64,000 bases of DNA, taken from Eledone cirrhosa (taxonomy: Eukaryota). Each line of letters starts with the position of its first letter. Position 1 is the first letter of the stretch. The stretch covers positions 113,212,001 to 113,276,000 of the forward strand of contig OZ024745.1 of the NCBI GenBank assembly GCA_964016885.1. Reading direction: 5' to 3'. The notes under the pieces are model-generated. The model searched no databases, was not told the origin of the DNA, and was given only the letters and a program-made list of their open reading frames with translations. The position numbers and the translations under genes were made by a program. Shown here one piece after another: positions 14,439 through 28,587 of this stretch.

Positions 14439-16000
14439 ATTGTTTCAATAGTTGATTTTTAAAACCAAATTCTTTCTCATGCCACATTTTATGTTTTATT
14501 AAATTTTGATTAATTGTTATTATTGAAATTGACTTGTTTGCCTATTGGTGTGAGGAAATAACAAACTTTCAAGAGCAATATTATATAATTGCAAGAAAAA
14601 TCTTTTGTTAATTTGAGGTTTTCAACACACTATGGCTCACATGAAACTCTACCGTATTTGAGTTTATTATACAAAATACTCTTTGGTCCCAGCCATATTA
14701 TTTACTTGATGATTTGTCTAATACTATACAAAGCTTTTGCTAAATACGTTTTCTGTTTATCCTGGCCGTATAATAACCATATAATTAGCACCCGTTTCGC
14801 AATAAACTGCAAATTGATTGTAGTTAGTTTTATTCTATATCGCATTTTGTGAATAATTGCGACATTGATTAAATGTTTATAATGAACTAATTAATCATTT
14901 GTTCCCCCGCATGTATGATATCGAGAGTTACTGGTTTTCTTGATAATCTTTACATTTTCGGTTCTATACAGTTGTAATACTGGTTAAGTGTAGGCTATAT
15001 TATAATTCACTCATTCAGTGTGCCACGCAATGGGATTGAGCATGGAGCTATGTGATTGTGAAGCAAACGATTTAGTCACAAAGCTATGATTGTACAAATT
15101 TTAATATTTTATATTTCTCTATTTAAGGTAGATAAATTTTTCTAACTAATGAATCTGAAACTTTTATGAAAATGCTATATGACGACCATGTTTCTATCGT
15201 CTGATTAAATATGTTTATGTAGTAAATAGATACAATCAGGAATCGTAATTGAAGTAAGGATGTAATTTGCTGTCTGCGTATCTCTACTCAGAAACACTTT
15301 AGATTCCACTTTAACAGACATGTGTTTTCGTTTTTATTTTTAGTAAAAGATTTTCGATAACTTTGTGCTTGAAATATAGAGATCATTAATTTGGAATAGT
15401 ACAAAATTAATGATCAGTATTCAATTTGTTATAAGTACTATTATCTAAGCTAGAAACTCTAATAGCAAATTCTTTACTTAGTCACAATCATTTGAACTAT
15501 GGGTATTTCACGTCTAATTTTTAGAGCAGTCCTCTATATTTTTTCAGTTTTTTTCCAACCAAATATTCAAGTGACTATATAAGAGCGAACATTCATTTGG
15601 TGTTTCTATTTTTATACTCATTGACTTCCCGAGATTGTATTTGCTATAATTCAATAACTTCTATCATTTCCCTCCCTGTTCATCTATTATTTGCTTTTCT
15701 CTTAATAATGGAATAACTCGATCATTGATCTTCCTGACTTGTATAATTCTATTACACGAAAGCCTGTCTTTGGTTCTCTGATTGTAATTCAAATGATTGT
15801 TACTAAAACATAATTTAATTTAAAAGAGCTGAATTTGGTTTTGCATTCGGTCAACCATGAATAAATCAAATATAAATTTTCAATTTAGCACACTCCTACT
15901 TTGAAATATTATCGACGTACAGTTGTAGCAGTTCGTTCACATTCAAATATATCTGTTCATTGATATAGAAATTTAATTGTACATCGGTATTGAAAAAATG

Positions 16001-16074
<74 letters not shown>

Positions 16075-16215
16075 TTATACATACATGTAAATATTAAGGC
16101 ACTGTTGTTAATATTCAGTGACTCATTTATTAAACATTGGAGAGATTGATACATGCTTCGATGCGTTATATAATCAGCGTATGACATTTTGTATTATTAT
16201 GTAAACTATTATATG

Positions 16216-16404
16216 GGCGGTGGATTGGCAGTATCGGTAGAGGGACGGACGCCATGCTTTCCAGCATAGTTACGTCCCTTTACGATCTGAGTTCAAATCC
16301 CGCCGAGGTTGACTTTGCCTTTCATCCTTACGGGGTCGATAAAATAAAGTACCAGTGATACACTGGATAATTGTTGGCCTTGTGCCTAACGTAGAAACAA
16401 TTAT
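16216..16404 (+). mobile_element. Full-length tRNA-derived SINE family A
   Basis: A-box-like TGGCAGTATCGG, B-box GAGTTCAAATCCC, a central domain resembling the Nin/Deu-type SINE domain, and target-site duplication ATTATGTAAACTATTAT. Confidence 0.9.
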
Positions 16405-16620
16405 GTAAACTATTATCCCACACTGCTCTATAATATTGAATATATCTCTTCAGGGGATATCCAGAGAAAAAAAATATTAAACGTGCGTAAGGTCATGCTT
16501 ATATAGAGGTTCCTACACACATCTCTATACATATCCCCCCCCCCCCCCCCGTACAAACATATCTAGGGCCATAAAAACAGCTCCATTTACAAATGTAATA
16601 CAAATATATATATTTTTTTT

Positions 16621-16820
16621 TAAACGATCGACTTTCGCCAAATCAGACCGAGGAAACAATGTTTCCGTTGGTCTTTCCAATTTCTAGTACTATCTATCGG
16701 TCGCAACTCCAGGTAGAAGGAGCAACGTGAAATAAAGTGTCTTGCTCAAGGACATTACGCATCGCCGGGTCCAGGAATCGAACCCACAACCTCACGATTG
16801 CGAATCCAGTGCTCTAACCA
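16621..16820 (-). mobile_element. tRNA-derived CORE-type SINE family B
   Basis: Minus strand GGCGTGTGGCTGAGTGGTTAGAGC...GGTTCGATTCC followed by CORE-like TGTCCTTGAGCAAGACACTTTA. A second copy is at 31820-32036. Confidence 0.8.
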
Positions 16821-16905
16821 CTCAGCCACACGCCTTCACATATATATATATATAATTAAGTTAAATATGTAAAATTTGGCTTCGTTTATTATAAATTATA
16901 GATAT

Positions 16906-16962
16906 AATGCTATATATATATTTCAGTCACAGCCATCATTGGCTGTGACCTCTTCAGGCAGT
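16906..16962 (-). ncRNA. Type-I HHR motif (family F) within a ~295-bp element at 16860-17155
   Basis: Minus strand: ACTGC-CTGAAGA-GGTCACAGCC-AATGAT-GGCTGTGACT-GAAA-TATATATA-TA-GCA, with a 10-bp stem II. Confidence 0.75.
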
Positions 16963-17152
16963 CCGAATTGGTGTGGGAAAGACAGGTACACATGTATTAC
17001 TCCGTGTATTTTACTCCGTCAATACATCGATATGTCCAGCTCCTGGTTGTAGTGTTATTGCTCTGAGGAACTGGAATCATATATCAACGTGCGTACCACG
17101 TCGAGTTCTCCAATCTGCATACTGAGTTGTCAGTAAACAACCAACATATACT

Positions 17153-17214
<62 letters not shown>

Positions 17215-17218
<4 letters not shown>

Positions 17219-17712
17219 GAGCGGAACAAGTAATCATCAAACAATCTTTTAAATAAATTAAAAAACGATTTAAATATTCACTTGTTCTATTGCCCTTACC
17301 CACGGTTTCACTAATCAAAAGATTGGAAATTCAGAGAATGTCTAATGGAAAGAATTAGATCTTCAGACAGCTGTTTCCGTACTATAAGGGTATAAATCCT
17401 CATTGTAAGATAATATATCGCTTCCTGCCCGTTGTATGGGGTCAGGCCGTTAAAGTGACCCACACACAAAAATAGGCCATAAGTAAAAGCGGGATGTTAT
17501 AAAGTTGTTGATCATGCCGCTAAAAATAGCAGCGCGATACAACGTTTTGTTCTCTACATATAGGAGAATAATTATAAAAGGGTATGGTACCTACAGAAAT
17601 ATGCATGGTGTTTATAATAGTTGTGGTGGTTCTATGGTACTAATTTGAGATACCAGAACTATAAAAATGAGCGGAACAAGTAATCATCAAACGATCTTTT
17701 AAATAAATTAAA
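17215..17712 (-). mobile_element. 450-bp monomer plus 48-bp terminal direct repeat (PLE pLTR-like) with decayed HHR
   Basis: 17215-17262 is repeated at 17665-17712. The minus strand at 17358-17411 has GAAA-CAGCTG-TC-TGAAGAT with a damaged CUGAUGA. Confidence 0.6.
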
Positions 17713-17738
17713 CACACACACGCGCACACACACACACT

Positions 17739-17772
<34 letters not shown>

Positions 17773-17835
17773 CACACGCACATATATATATATATATATT
17801 CATTTATAATCGGAATCACGCATTTATATAAACAC

Positions 17836-18169
17836 ATTTGCATGGAGTAACGTTACTCGATAGAGTGCGTAGCTTGGAGATCAAAGAGTCACTCCAGGTA
17901 GACTCACTACTTCTCCGAATTGAGAGACCACAGCTTCGATACTATGAGTATGTGATTAGAATGTCTCAGGTAAGAATCACGGGGCGGATTTTACGGGCAA
18001 AACTAACCGTCAACAGACTCAGGGGTAGACCCCGAGCAAAATGGTTGGTTAACATCCATGAGGTTGGCTAGTCACCCTTGGGGATCCAGCCGGATCAGTT
18101 GGAGGCGGTTACTTCTGACAGGACTCGCCGGAAGGAGTGTTTGAGGAAACTGCCCCTACGACCCTCAAA

Positions 18170-18172
<3 letters not shown>
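17836..18172 (+). mobile_element. RTE-like LINE 3' end with (TAA)n tail
   Basis: GVTLLDRVRSLEIKESLQV...QLRYYEYVIRM...RGRPRAKW. Confidence 0.75.
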
Positions 18173-18266
<94 letters not shown>

Positions 18267-18296
18267 TAATAAATATAATAATAAATATAATAATAA

Positions 18297-18329
<33 letters not shown>

Positions 18330-18330
<1 letters not shown>

Positions 18331-18700
18331 GCCTAGAGATCTTCAAGGTGGCAGATAACATCAGACAGTTGTTGGGAAAAAGTATGGAGTCCTGGAAAAC
18401 AGAGTTAACATCAGCTGAAGAATCCTTGGGAGGCGTGAAGGTAAAAAAGGATTTGGAACTGCCATGAAGTCAAAGTGGTCCCGATTGTCATAGGCGCACT
18501 AGGTACTATCTCAAAAAGTTTCCAGGGATGGTTAAAGAAAATTGACCCCGCCACGCTTTTTGGAACGCTTCAAAAGGCATGCTTGCTGGGAACAGCAAGA
18601 ACCCTCCGATACGTCCTGAATATCTGAGGCTGCAGCTACTGGCTTGATATTCATTTCAACAATCTTTCCAGTTAACTAACATCAATGACTGAGACTCAAA

Positions 18701-18701
<1 letters not shown>
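18330..18701 (+). mobile_element. Internally deleted R4/Dong-like element
   Basis: An RT piece (VADNIRQLLGKSMESWKTEL) is joined at ~18450 to the extreme C-terminus (WNCHEVKVVPIVIGALGT...LQKACLLGTARTLRYVL). Flanked by (TAA)n. Confidence 0.75.
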
Positions 18702-18775
<74 letters not shown>

Positions 18776-18779
<4 letters not shown>

Positions 18780-19765
18780 GAAATGGAAAACACAGAAAAA
18801 GCAAAGCAGGTAAAAGTAACTGCAAAGAAAGAACTGCTACAGAAACTGGCTAAGAAATGGCAAGAAAAGCCACTGTATGGAAAATACCCAGAGCGAGCTA
18901 ACAATCCTGATGTTGACAAAACTTTAACCCATCAGTGGTTGGCATCCTCTGGACTGAAATCGGAGACTGAAGGACTGATTATATCAGCACAAGATCAGTG
19001 TCTGCCAACAAAAAATTACCAACCCAACATAATAAAAAATGGATGCAGCCTATTATGCCGTGTATGCAAAAAACAACCAGAGACCATTGACCATATAATT
19101 TCAATGTGCAGTCCTATAGCGCCAACCGAATACCTAAACAGGCATGACAGAGCTGCACAATACATACATTGGATAATGTGTAAATATTTTGACCTGCCCC
19201 ATCAAAAGAATTGGTGGGAGCATCAACCACCTCCCATACTTGAAAAAGATCACATCTCAATCTTGTGGAACTTTAGCATCCAAACAGACCGAAAAATAGA
19301 TGCAAATAGACCTGATATAATATTGAATGACTTTAAAAAGAGGGTATGCCTGCTAATTGATATGTCTGTTCCAATAGATAAGAATGTATCTATAAAAACA
19401 TTTGAAAAATTGAGCAAGTATAAGGACCTGGAGATAGAAATTGGAACAATGTGGAAATTGAGAACTAAAACAATACCAGTGGTTGTAGGCGCTCTGGGAA
19501 TGATACCTAAGGGGTCTAATGATTACTTATCGCAAATCCCAGGAAACCCGCGTATAGGAGAAATACAAAAGATAGTACTAATGGGAACTGCCCATATACT
19601 AAGGAAGATTCTGTCAATATAAGTACATCACAAGTCTAAACACTAAAGATGCATGTGTGAGTATGTATGTTCTTTCTTGAACATGGCGGACCTTGTTGTC
19701 TCTTGAGGTCACTGGTTGTGACTTGGTGATAACTCGTATGAACATAAAGCAAGATAAATGCAACT

Positions 19766-19767
<2 letters not shown>
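18776..19767 (+). mobile_element. R4/Dong-like element 3' part with restriction-like endonuclease, 5'-truncated
   Basis: Open 279-codon frame with CCHC knuckle CRVCKKQPETIDHIISMC, RHD, NRPDII, EKLSKY and IPVVVGALG. (TAA)n on both sides. Confidence 0.9.
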
Positions 19768-19838
<71 letters not shown>

Positions 19839-19929
19839 GAAGAAGAAGAAGAAGACATTTTCATGCATGCATCGACTAGTGTAAGTTCGTAGTAGGACGT
19901 TCATTGTTCTTGAAATTTGTGTTTACATT

Positions 19930-20395
19930 TCAGGTAGACGCGGTCAATGTCACTGTTTATGTGGAAATTTCTGCTGCCCTTTAGATCTTTTCGGGTTTTA
20001 ATATTAATGGCTTGGATTTCTTCTCGCATCCAGTCAAGGATTCCAAATGTTGGTGTCGGCACAGACTCAACAAACATATTGTAGGCTACTTATTCATCGT
20101 GCGCAGAGAGTTCAGAAAACCAGACTTGTCTTATTCGGAAGTTATATTCCTTGGTTTCTCGTTCCTAGTTACAAATACCACCGTAGGGTATGTTTTCATC
20201 TATCCCTAAGTTTTTTTAAAAGTCCTTGTCAGATACCGGTGAAATAGTCAGGCCATTGATACAGGTGTTGCTAGATTGGCTTGTAGTTTTTCCTCGATTT
20301 AGGAATCATATATGAACATTTATCCTGGCCGAACTCCGCTCCTATATCTTCGGAGAACGTCGTAATCATGTCAAGGTCTTTCTTCATAACATTTA
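19930..20395 (-). mobile_element. Degenerate R4/Dong-like RT fragment
   Basis: DNA is clearly homologous to 1-345 (for example TCAGATACCGGTGAAATAGTCAGGCCATTGAT). Confidence 0.75.
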
Positions 20396-20608
20396 TTTTC
20401 TTCTATGCATGTATGTATGTATGTATGTATGTATGTATGTATGTATGTATGTATGTATGTATGTATGTATGTATGTATGTATGTATGTATGTGTTTGAAT
20501 ATATGTATGTACGTAAATATGCGTATGTATGAATATATGTATGTACGTAAATATGCATATGTATTTCACTATATGTATGTGTGGTTGTGAGAGTGGCTGA
20601 TTATGTGT

Positions 20609-20658
<50 letters not shown>

Positions 20659-21016
20659 TCTTTATTTATTTTACATTAAAATGGTTCGGTGCATCATTTT
20701 CCAAGATTACATCGATAGTAGATTTTACTGAGATTTCTCTCGCTTCATTTTCATTCCATCATAGATGAAACAAATATGTATGAACTGATTTGTCTATAGA
20801 AAGACAGTCGTTATTTCAATGAATATCTAATCAATACTGTGTGCTTTAAAATATAGAATTTTGATTTTTCTTTGCCGAACTTTGTATATTTTTTGTAAAT
20901 ATTTGAATAGACTGTATTCCTTATAACATCCTTCTGTTTATTAGGTCAATGCTGCACAAATTTCACATTTTCACACGCTAACCTACATCACGCCGGCACA
21001 CACTAACACACACTCG

Positions 21017-21113
<97 letters not shown>

Positions 21114-21541
21114 GCACATACACACACACAACAAACGCATGTAGACTGTACGCAATTGCAAGTCATGAAATGGCGACGCAACAAGTATATATATATATTG
21201 ATTCTAACGTAGGCACATGACTACACATTTTGCAGGAGAACACAATCGATGCAATCCACCCAACTAGTTGATTACTAATATTTTTTCATTTAACTTTGGT
21301 GCATAATATGATAGGTCAAGCCAGGGATGGGGGAATTCAAAGAGAGCACATCATGGATCTCAACATAATATTTCAGATTTTGTCAAATTTGAATTTCTAT
21401 TACTAAGCCTAGTCTGTGGTTGTCTGTAACCAGTCAATAGGCTGCACTGCTTGCACTGATTCCATTGACTTTCTGTTGCCATCAATTGTTCATTATAGTC
21501 GGCAGGTCAGAGAGATTACAATTTATGCCATCAAAATTCTG

Positions 21542-21968
21542 CTTGGCATGTCGTCCTCTGATAGCTCTTCCTTTTGCAGGCTCCCACAAAAGAACTGCAC
21601 TAACAATTTCGTCTTTAGTTCTTGGCATGTCGTCCTCTGATAGCTTGATAGTTCTTCCTTTTGCAGGCTCCCACAAAAGAACTTCACTATCAATTTCGTC
21701 TTTAGCTCTTGGCATGTCGTCCTCTGATAGCTTGATAGTTCTTCCTTTTGCAGGCTCCCACAAAAGAACTTCACTATCAATTTCGTCTTTAGCTCTTGGC
21801 ATGTCGTCCTCTGATAGCTTGATAGTTCTTCCTTTTGCAGGCTCCCACAAAAGAACTTCACTATCAATTTCGTCTTTAGCTCTTGGCATGTCGTCCTCTG
21901 ATAGCTTGATAGTTCTTCCTTTTGCAGGCTCCCACAAAAGAACTTCACTTACAATTTCGTCTTTAGCT
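21542..21968. repeat. 87-bp tandem minisatellite amplified from an RTE LINE 3' coding segment
   Basis: Four near-identical 87-bp units start at 21621, 21708, 21795 and 21882, plus a 79-bp first unit. The minus-strand peptide SEVLLWEPAKGR resembles the RTE C-terminal VLLWEPxHG motif seen at 23407 and 31330. Confidence 0.85.
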
Positions 21969-23232
21969 TTTCAGCAACACCCTGCGAATATGACTACGTT
22001 CTTTGATGATGTCTGATACTAGACGGAGGTTCCCATGCAGTCCCTCATTTGTCATTCAATTGCCATTAAAAGCTACTCTTAGCATTAGGTTCCATCTACT
22101 CCGCTTTCCAGTTTTGTTAGGTAGGGGTCCCTGCAGAACAATCATACAATAGAACAGAGGTAATAGTTGCCTGAAAGATGGTCCATTTGATGTTGCCTGG
22201 AAGCCTAGATTTCCACACTAGGCTATAGTAAGGTAATTCTAATGTAATAGTCTCAGCTATTATAACAATGGATCATTGACTTAAGTGTGACGATTTGTAA
22301 TATTAGCATCTTTTTTTTATTCCACACAAGCACAGCATTTTCCCCTGGCAATGCTCATAGAGGCAAAAATGTCTTTTGGGAGCATTCCGCATGAAGTGTA
22401 TACATACAAATAGTCTAACAGTTGGATTATGTCGAGTAGGAAAAAACCTCTAAGTTAATTAATTTTTCTGTTTTTCTTAAGGAGTAAGCACTCTGATTTA
22501 TTCCTCTAGCTAATGTGTCTATATTCAGAATATAATATATAAATTACATGGTGTAGATTCGACATGGAAGCAGGTTACTAGATATAAAATTGATGACCAT
22601 CAACGGGACAGGCATTTTTGCAGTACGTTTTAGTCATTGCGTAGCAGACCAGCTCAGTAGCTGTATGTCTCTAAACTAATTTTAGACATCACTACAAAAT
22701 AGTTATCAGTTAGTCACATTGGTATTCGGATGAGAAGATAATGTTCCATATGAATCAGCCAGTCTGTATTATGAATAATGGCAATAAAAATCTTCCTGTT
22801 GCATGAAGACAATATAGTTAAGTTCAGGCTAGCATATGTAATGTTGTGAGCGAAAAGAATATTTAATCAATTGAAATCACATCAGTAACTGGTTTAGGAA
22901 TTGTCGCAAATATATAGCAATGAGATTTGTTTACTTCAGTCATCAGGATATATTTAGTTAGACATATTTAAAAGTAAATAGATCAATGTATTCATGATAA
23001 AAATGTGTCAATGTATGTAAAAGAGAACATTTTGTACAGCGATCTCATGGTACGTGTGGTAAAATCCAATGAATGTATTTCATAGTGTTATGTATGGAAT
23101 ACTTAATTCGATATTACATATGAAGTTGATTTAAATTCGGGCAAAAGGCAGTGGGTCATCACTACTTAAATTATTGAATGATGTTATTAGCGATATGCAT
23201 ATACAATAAAATAGCCCAATTCCTTTAAACGC

Positions 23233-23280
<48 letters not shown>

Positions 23281-23389
23281 TATATAATTATAATTAAATA
23301 GCTCCGTACTATACATAGAGCACTCTTCTTTCATTTACATTTTATATTTTCTACGGAAATACTTTATGTATATATATATATATATATAC

Positions 23390-23650
23390 ATAAAGTCAGC
23401 TCAAAAGTGACACAGAGGAGACTGAGGTTAGCTGGACATGCTCACCGACATCCAGAGTTGAGACAGCACTCAGTGCTCCTGTGGGAACCCCTGCATGGAC
23501 ACACTCGAAGAGGTAGACCAAGGTTAACGTATGTTGATGCCCTAAGGACAGACACTGGTCTGTTGGAGACGCAGGACATGGCAGCGATAATGAGGGACAG
23601 AGACCGCTGGAGAGAACTCGTCCATGGATCTCGGGAGTTTTACTCGCCCT
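23390..23650 (+). mobile_element. RTE LINE 3' end
   Basis: RRLRLAGHAHRH...VLLWEPLHGHTRRGRPRLTYVD...RDRDRWRELV. Confidence 0.85.
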
Positions 23651-23803
23651 ATATATATATATATATATACGATTATTCGACTCAACACAGAAAGCTCAAT
23701 GAAAAGCATAATTATTTTTACAAATTTAAATGATATATCAAAACCCTTTTCCATATATTAAGTTGAGAACCTCTTCCCAGTGTAATGTAATATATATATA
23801 TAT

Positions 23804-25600
23804 TAGAGTGTGCCATAAAAAGCAAGGTCACAATACTAACGCTCCCTGTGTATTGTCCCATTATAAATGCCCCAATTGGTAAAATAAACCATATTTTGTA
23901 TAAAATAAACTATTTTGCGTCTTTCCTATATCATGGTGATTATAGTGGAAAGTGTGATTATCTTGCATGAAACCATGAAAATGTGAAACCAAATATGACC
24001 AAACATTAATTGTTTATTTTATTAATCCATTATATTTAGTAAACCAGCTTTGAATATAAAGGTGTACACGGAAGAAACAAGTTCTGTTAAGTTAACTCCA
24101 GTCATATTTTTTCAGAGTTTCCTTTTTGAAATCCAGGACCTTGCGCCGATGGGCTTCGACTACTTGACGAACACACTGCTTCTCCACCTCTTGGTGATGG
24201 CAACAAAATCAGTTATCAACGTGACTGCTCTCTCCGCCAGATCGTTGACTACCTGGATATTGTGAACAACAGCACAGGCATTTTAATATGACGCTTGTGA
24301 TGACCAAGTTGTAGGTGACAGCTCAGGCCAAGTATCGTCGAGACCAAGGAGATCGAACAGAAGCCTTGATTTCTTCCCAACTAGATGAGGCAGCTTCGTG
24401 GACGACTTCAACTCGAGAAATACTGGAGCACCACGGTCGAGAGGCCCAGACGTTTTCGTTTTGACAAGACGTTGGGATATTTGTTTCTTCTCGGACTCTT
24501 AGACCCGACTTGAAAACAGCGCTAGCGGAATGGCTTACTCCGTCAGGAACCAAAGATGCCTGCTCAGAGCAGCAGTGCCTGCCTGCGAAAGATCTCTGTC
24601 AACCTTACTGTACTGTGTCAACTCCACGTAGAATTGAAGGTCATGGGATGGTGCATCAGCACACTTGACTGCTGTCAGCCAGTATCGCACTTAAAACAGA
24701 GATATTTGAACATACAGATCCGGCGCAACTTTTCCATTTTAGCTTGATCGTAATTGAGTTGCTCACCAAATGCATACATCTTTGCACTATAGATGATTGT
24801 GGACATCCACCGAGCGTTATGATGTGCACCAGGCAGCATCCAATGAATTCCACGAGGATGGGTGAAACCAAGCAAGATCAACATCAACTCGGCACATTCA
24901 AGATAGTCGTCCCGTGGAAGAGAACTCATTTTCCCATCGTCGAATTTCAGCAAATCTTGGAGGAACTTGAAGTTCTCAGAACACAAACGCTTGAGTCTCC
25001 GGTCGACAATGTTCAATGTTTTAAAGTTGGTCTTGTCCGTGAGTGACACTCAATCTTTTTTGAACTCCTTAAATTCTGGGGTATCTGGACTGGACATTGC
25101 TCCGAATAGTTGTTGCCACACAAGATACGCTCCATGACATGGTGCCGACAAGCAAAATAAAACACCTTTTTGTTGAGCATCTCTTCTAGTTCCACGCAGG
25201 CACCATTTTTCCATTCAGAATTAGAAGCAGTTGTGTTGAGAGACCAAGCCCACCACAGACCCATTAACATTCCAATATTTAAGAAGATCAAATGATGCTT
25301 TGGCTTGGGTAGTTCCAGTGCCATCAGGAATTATGGGAACACCGAGGAGTTTACCTTCCCTGAAGTCCGGAGTTCCAGCAACTAGCACACCTAGCCTCTC
25401 GTTGTCACCAGGAATTATTTTGCCATCCAAATGCGAGGTAACAAAGTCTTGTACAGCAAATTATTCTTTTATGTGTTCAGCCCCCACAGTTCTGATCTTC
25501 TTAGCTGCACGTCTGCTACTATTCTTGGAGAGAGTTGTGAAGAAATTTTTACCAATCCGCTTGACAACTACAATCTTCCCATATAAGGAATTACCCCTTG
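23804..25600 (-). mobile_element. hAT-superfamily (hATm-like) DNA transposon remnant with fragmented transposase
   Basis: Minus-strand motifs HLDGK, ERLGVLV, KLLGVP, NTTASNS...NGAC, FACRHHVME, PGAHHNARWM and VVNDLAERAV across frameshifts. A candidate terminus TAGAGTG is at 23804. The other end was not found. Confidence 0.75.
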
Positions 25601-25635
25601 AAAAGTTCGGCTATTTATTTACCACGCTAAAAATT

Positions 25636-25930
<295 letters not shown>

Positions 25931-25994
25931 CAACAAAAAATGAAACGAAATTTCATTTCTCACTCTTAGTACGGCTGTTACTTAAATATAAGTA

Positions 25995-26062
<68 letters not shown>

Positions 26063-26499
26063 ACAACAAATAATAATAATTGTATTCACTTAAATGAAAC
26101 ATTCTCATAGGGCCGTTTCATGGAAACCTAGAATAATACAATGTTTATTATCGATTTGTATATATATATATGAAAGGTGAATTTTGCAGGACTCGCTCTG
26201 TTATATTCAGTGAAGAAATCGTCAGAGCTTTCTGTCAAATTTATCAGTAAATGTATCGATTAACCCTGTAAATGTCACTGTCCCGCCTTCCAACAAAAAA
26301 GGACCTTCTCTACTTGATGAATTGAATACCATATTTTCTGGTTAAAAGCAAAGTCTGGTATTGGGAATATCTGAATGCTCCTGTATATTTTATGGCTAAT
26401 ATCAGAAGAGTTAAGAATGATTTGACATAAAATTCTCTCGGTTCTAACGATTCTCGGAATATTTTATACTAACCGGTCTTAACTTAAAACAGTATTTCT

Positions 26500-26679
26500 T
26501 GGATTGGCAGTATCGGTAGAGGGTCGGACGCCATGCTTTCAAGCATAGTTACGTCCCTTTACGATCTGAGTTCAAATCCCGCCGAGGTTGACTTTGCCTT
26601 TCATCCTTACGTGGTCGATAAAATAAAGTACCAGTAATGCACTGGGTAATTGCTGGCCTTGTGCCTAAAGTAGAAACAA
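26500..26679 (+). mobile_element. SINE family A, near full length
   Basis: Matches 16221-16400. Target-site duplication AGTATTTCTT. Confidence 0.9.
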
Positions 26680-26959
26680 GTATTTCTTAGGTAGCATTGT
26701 TTCAATTATAACACATTTAACTATTTGTTTCCGAATATTTCGCCTGTTCTTTAACTCAAAAGACCTTGAATTATAAATTCTTTTATACATAATGAATTAA
26801 GCATTTACTATTTCAGGTTTTGACGTTCCAAGAATCAAAATTACATATCGAGTTATTTTTCTTATGTTTTCAATGACTCTCTGGTTTCAGTTCCAAAACA
26901 TTTCCTCAAACAGATTTCCTCTCATCCATTTTGAAGATGCCATTATCGTCTTGAAACTA

Positions 26960-27006
<47 letters not shown>

Positions 27007-27010
27007 TTAG

Positions 27011-27067
<57 letters not shown>

Positions 27068-27148
27068 TAAAATATATATATACATTAGTTTAAAAGACGA
27101 TAATGGTATCTTCAAAATGGGTGAAAGAAAATGTATTTGAGAAAATGG

Positions 27149-27208
<60 letters not shown>

Positions 27209-27267
27209 TGTACCGATTGTGTTGTTATTTCTGTTTACCTTTTACACACACATATATATATATATAT

Positions 27268-28510
27268 AATTGGATACTTAGTAAAAATAATCTCTGGTGG
27301 TTTGCAAGCAAATTCGGCCTACTATATGAAATAATGAGTTACCAAAGCACTCGATAAGGTAGGTCCTTAGAGTAATAACATACGTTTAAATCGCTTTACA
27401 AATCGAACATTGTGGTAGGCAAAATCTAACACACAATATACCTAAGTAACGAAAGAACTAACAGGTTGAGAAAAATACACCTGGACAAATCAAACGTTAT
27501 ACGTTTAAAGTGTATCTATGAATCCGAAATCAAATATCAGACTTACGTGACTGGCAAGCTCGTGGTATTCATGATCGAACAGAGGATTCAGTTGAACACC
27601 AGGTTTTCGTTCTACCAAGGACGGGGCGAAAAGGCTAAATGTTGCCGCTAAGCTGCAGCGTATCGTATCTTTAGCTGTCACGTGTTATTTCCAGCAAGGG
27701 AAATAACCCCCGGTTTTTAGCGGTCATTCAAAATGTTAGACAAAGGAAATATTTTAATTTCCGATAATCATTAGAATAAGCTCTCGACCAGATGTTATAA
27801 AACAAACACAAATAATTAACCAATCAACAGAATTGTCTAATTAAATTAATTAGTTAATTATTAAATCTAGGAGAATAATATAATTGGATACTTAGTAAAA
27901 TCGAATCCCTGGCGGTTTGCAAGCAAATTCGGCCTACTATATGAAATAATTGTTTCTACTATTGGCACAAGGCCAGCAATTATCCAGTACATTACTGGTA
28001 CTTTATTTTATTAGTAATGTACTGGGTAATTGCTGGCCTTGTGCCAATAGTAGAAATAATTATTTCATATAGTAGGCCGAATTTGCTTGCAAACCGCCAG
28101 AGATTCGATTTTACTAAGTATCCAATTATATTATTCTCCTAGATATGAAATAATGAGTTAGCAAAGCACTCAATAAGGTAGGTCCTTAGAGTAATAACAT
28201 ACGTTTAAATAGCTTGAGAAATCGAACATTGTGGTAGGCAACATCTAACACACAATATACAAAAGTAACGAAAGAACTAACAGGTTGATAAAAATACACC
28301 TGGACAAATCAAACGTTATACGCTTAAAGTGTTTCTATGAATCCGAAATCAAATATCAGACTTACGTGACTGGCAAGCTCGTGGTATTCAAGATCGAACG
28401 GAGGATTCAGTCGATCAAAAGGTTTTCGTTCTATCAAGGACGGAGCGAAAAGGTTAAATGTTTCCGCTAAGCTGCAGCGTATCGTGTCTTTAGCTGTCAC
28501 GTGTTATATC

Positions 28511-28513
<3 letters not shown>
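27268..28513. repeat. Partial tandem duplication (614-bp period) interrupted by a SINE-containing palindrome
   Basis: 27271 is repeated at 27885, and 27325-27695 is repeated at 28144-28514. Palindrome at 27865-28144. Confidence 0.85.

Positions 28514-28587
<74 letters not shown>

Noticed and set aside
16750-16820. tRNA gene (also 31965-32036 and the SINE A heads)
   Set aside because: A and B boxes are present, but there is no complete cloverleaf and they continue into SINE bodies.
21542-21968. Regular repeat array resembling CRISPR
   Set aside because: Units are contiguous with no unique spacers, there are no cas genes, the context is eukaryotic, and the unit derives from a LINE.
27271-27884. 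HHR within the 614-bp repeat unit
   Set aside because: Only CTAATGA...GAAA on the minus strand near 27760, with no stem II or stem I pairing.
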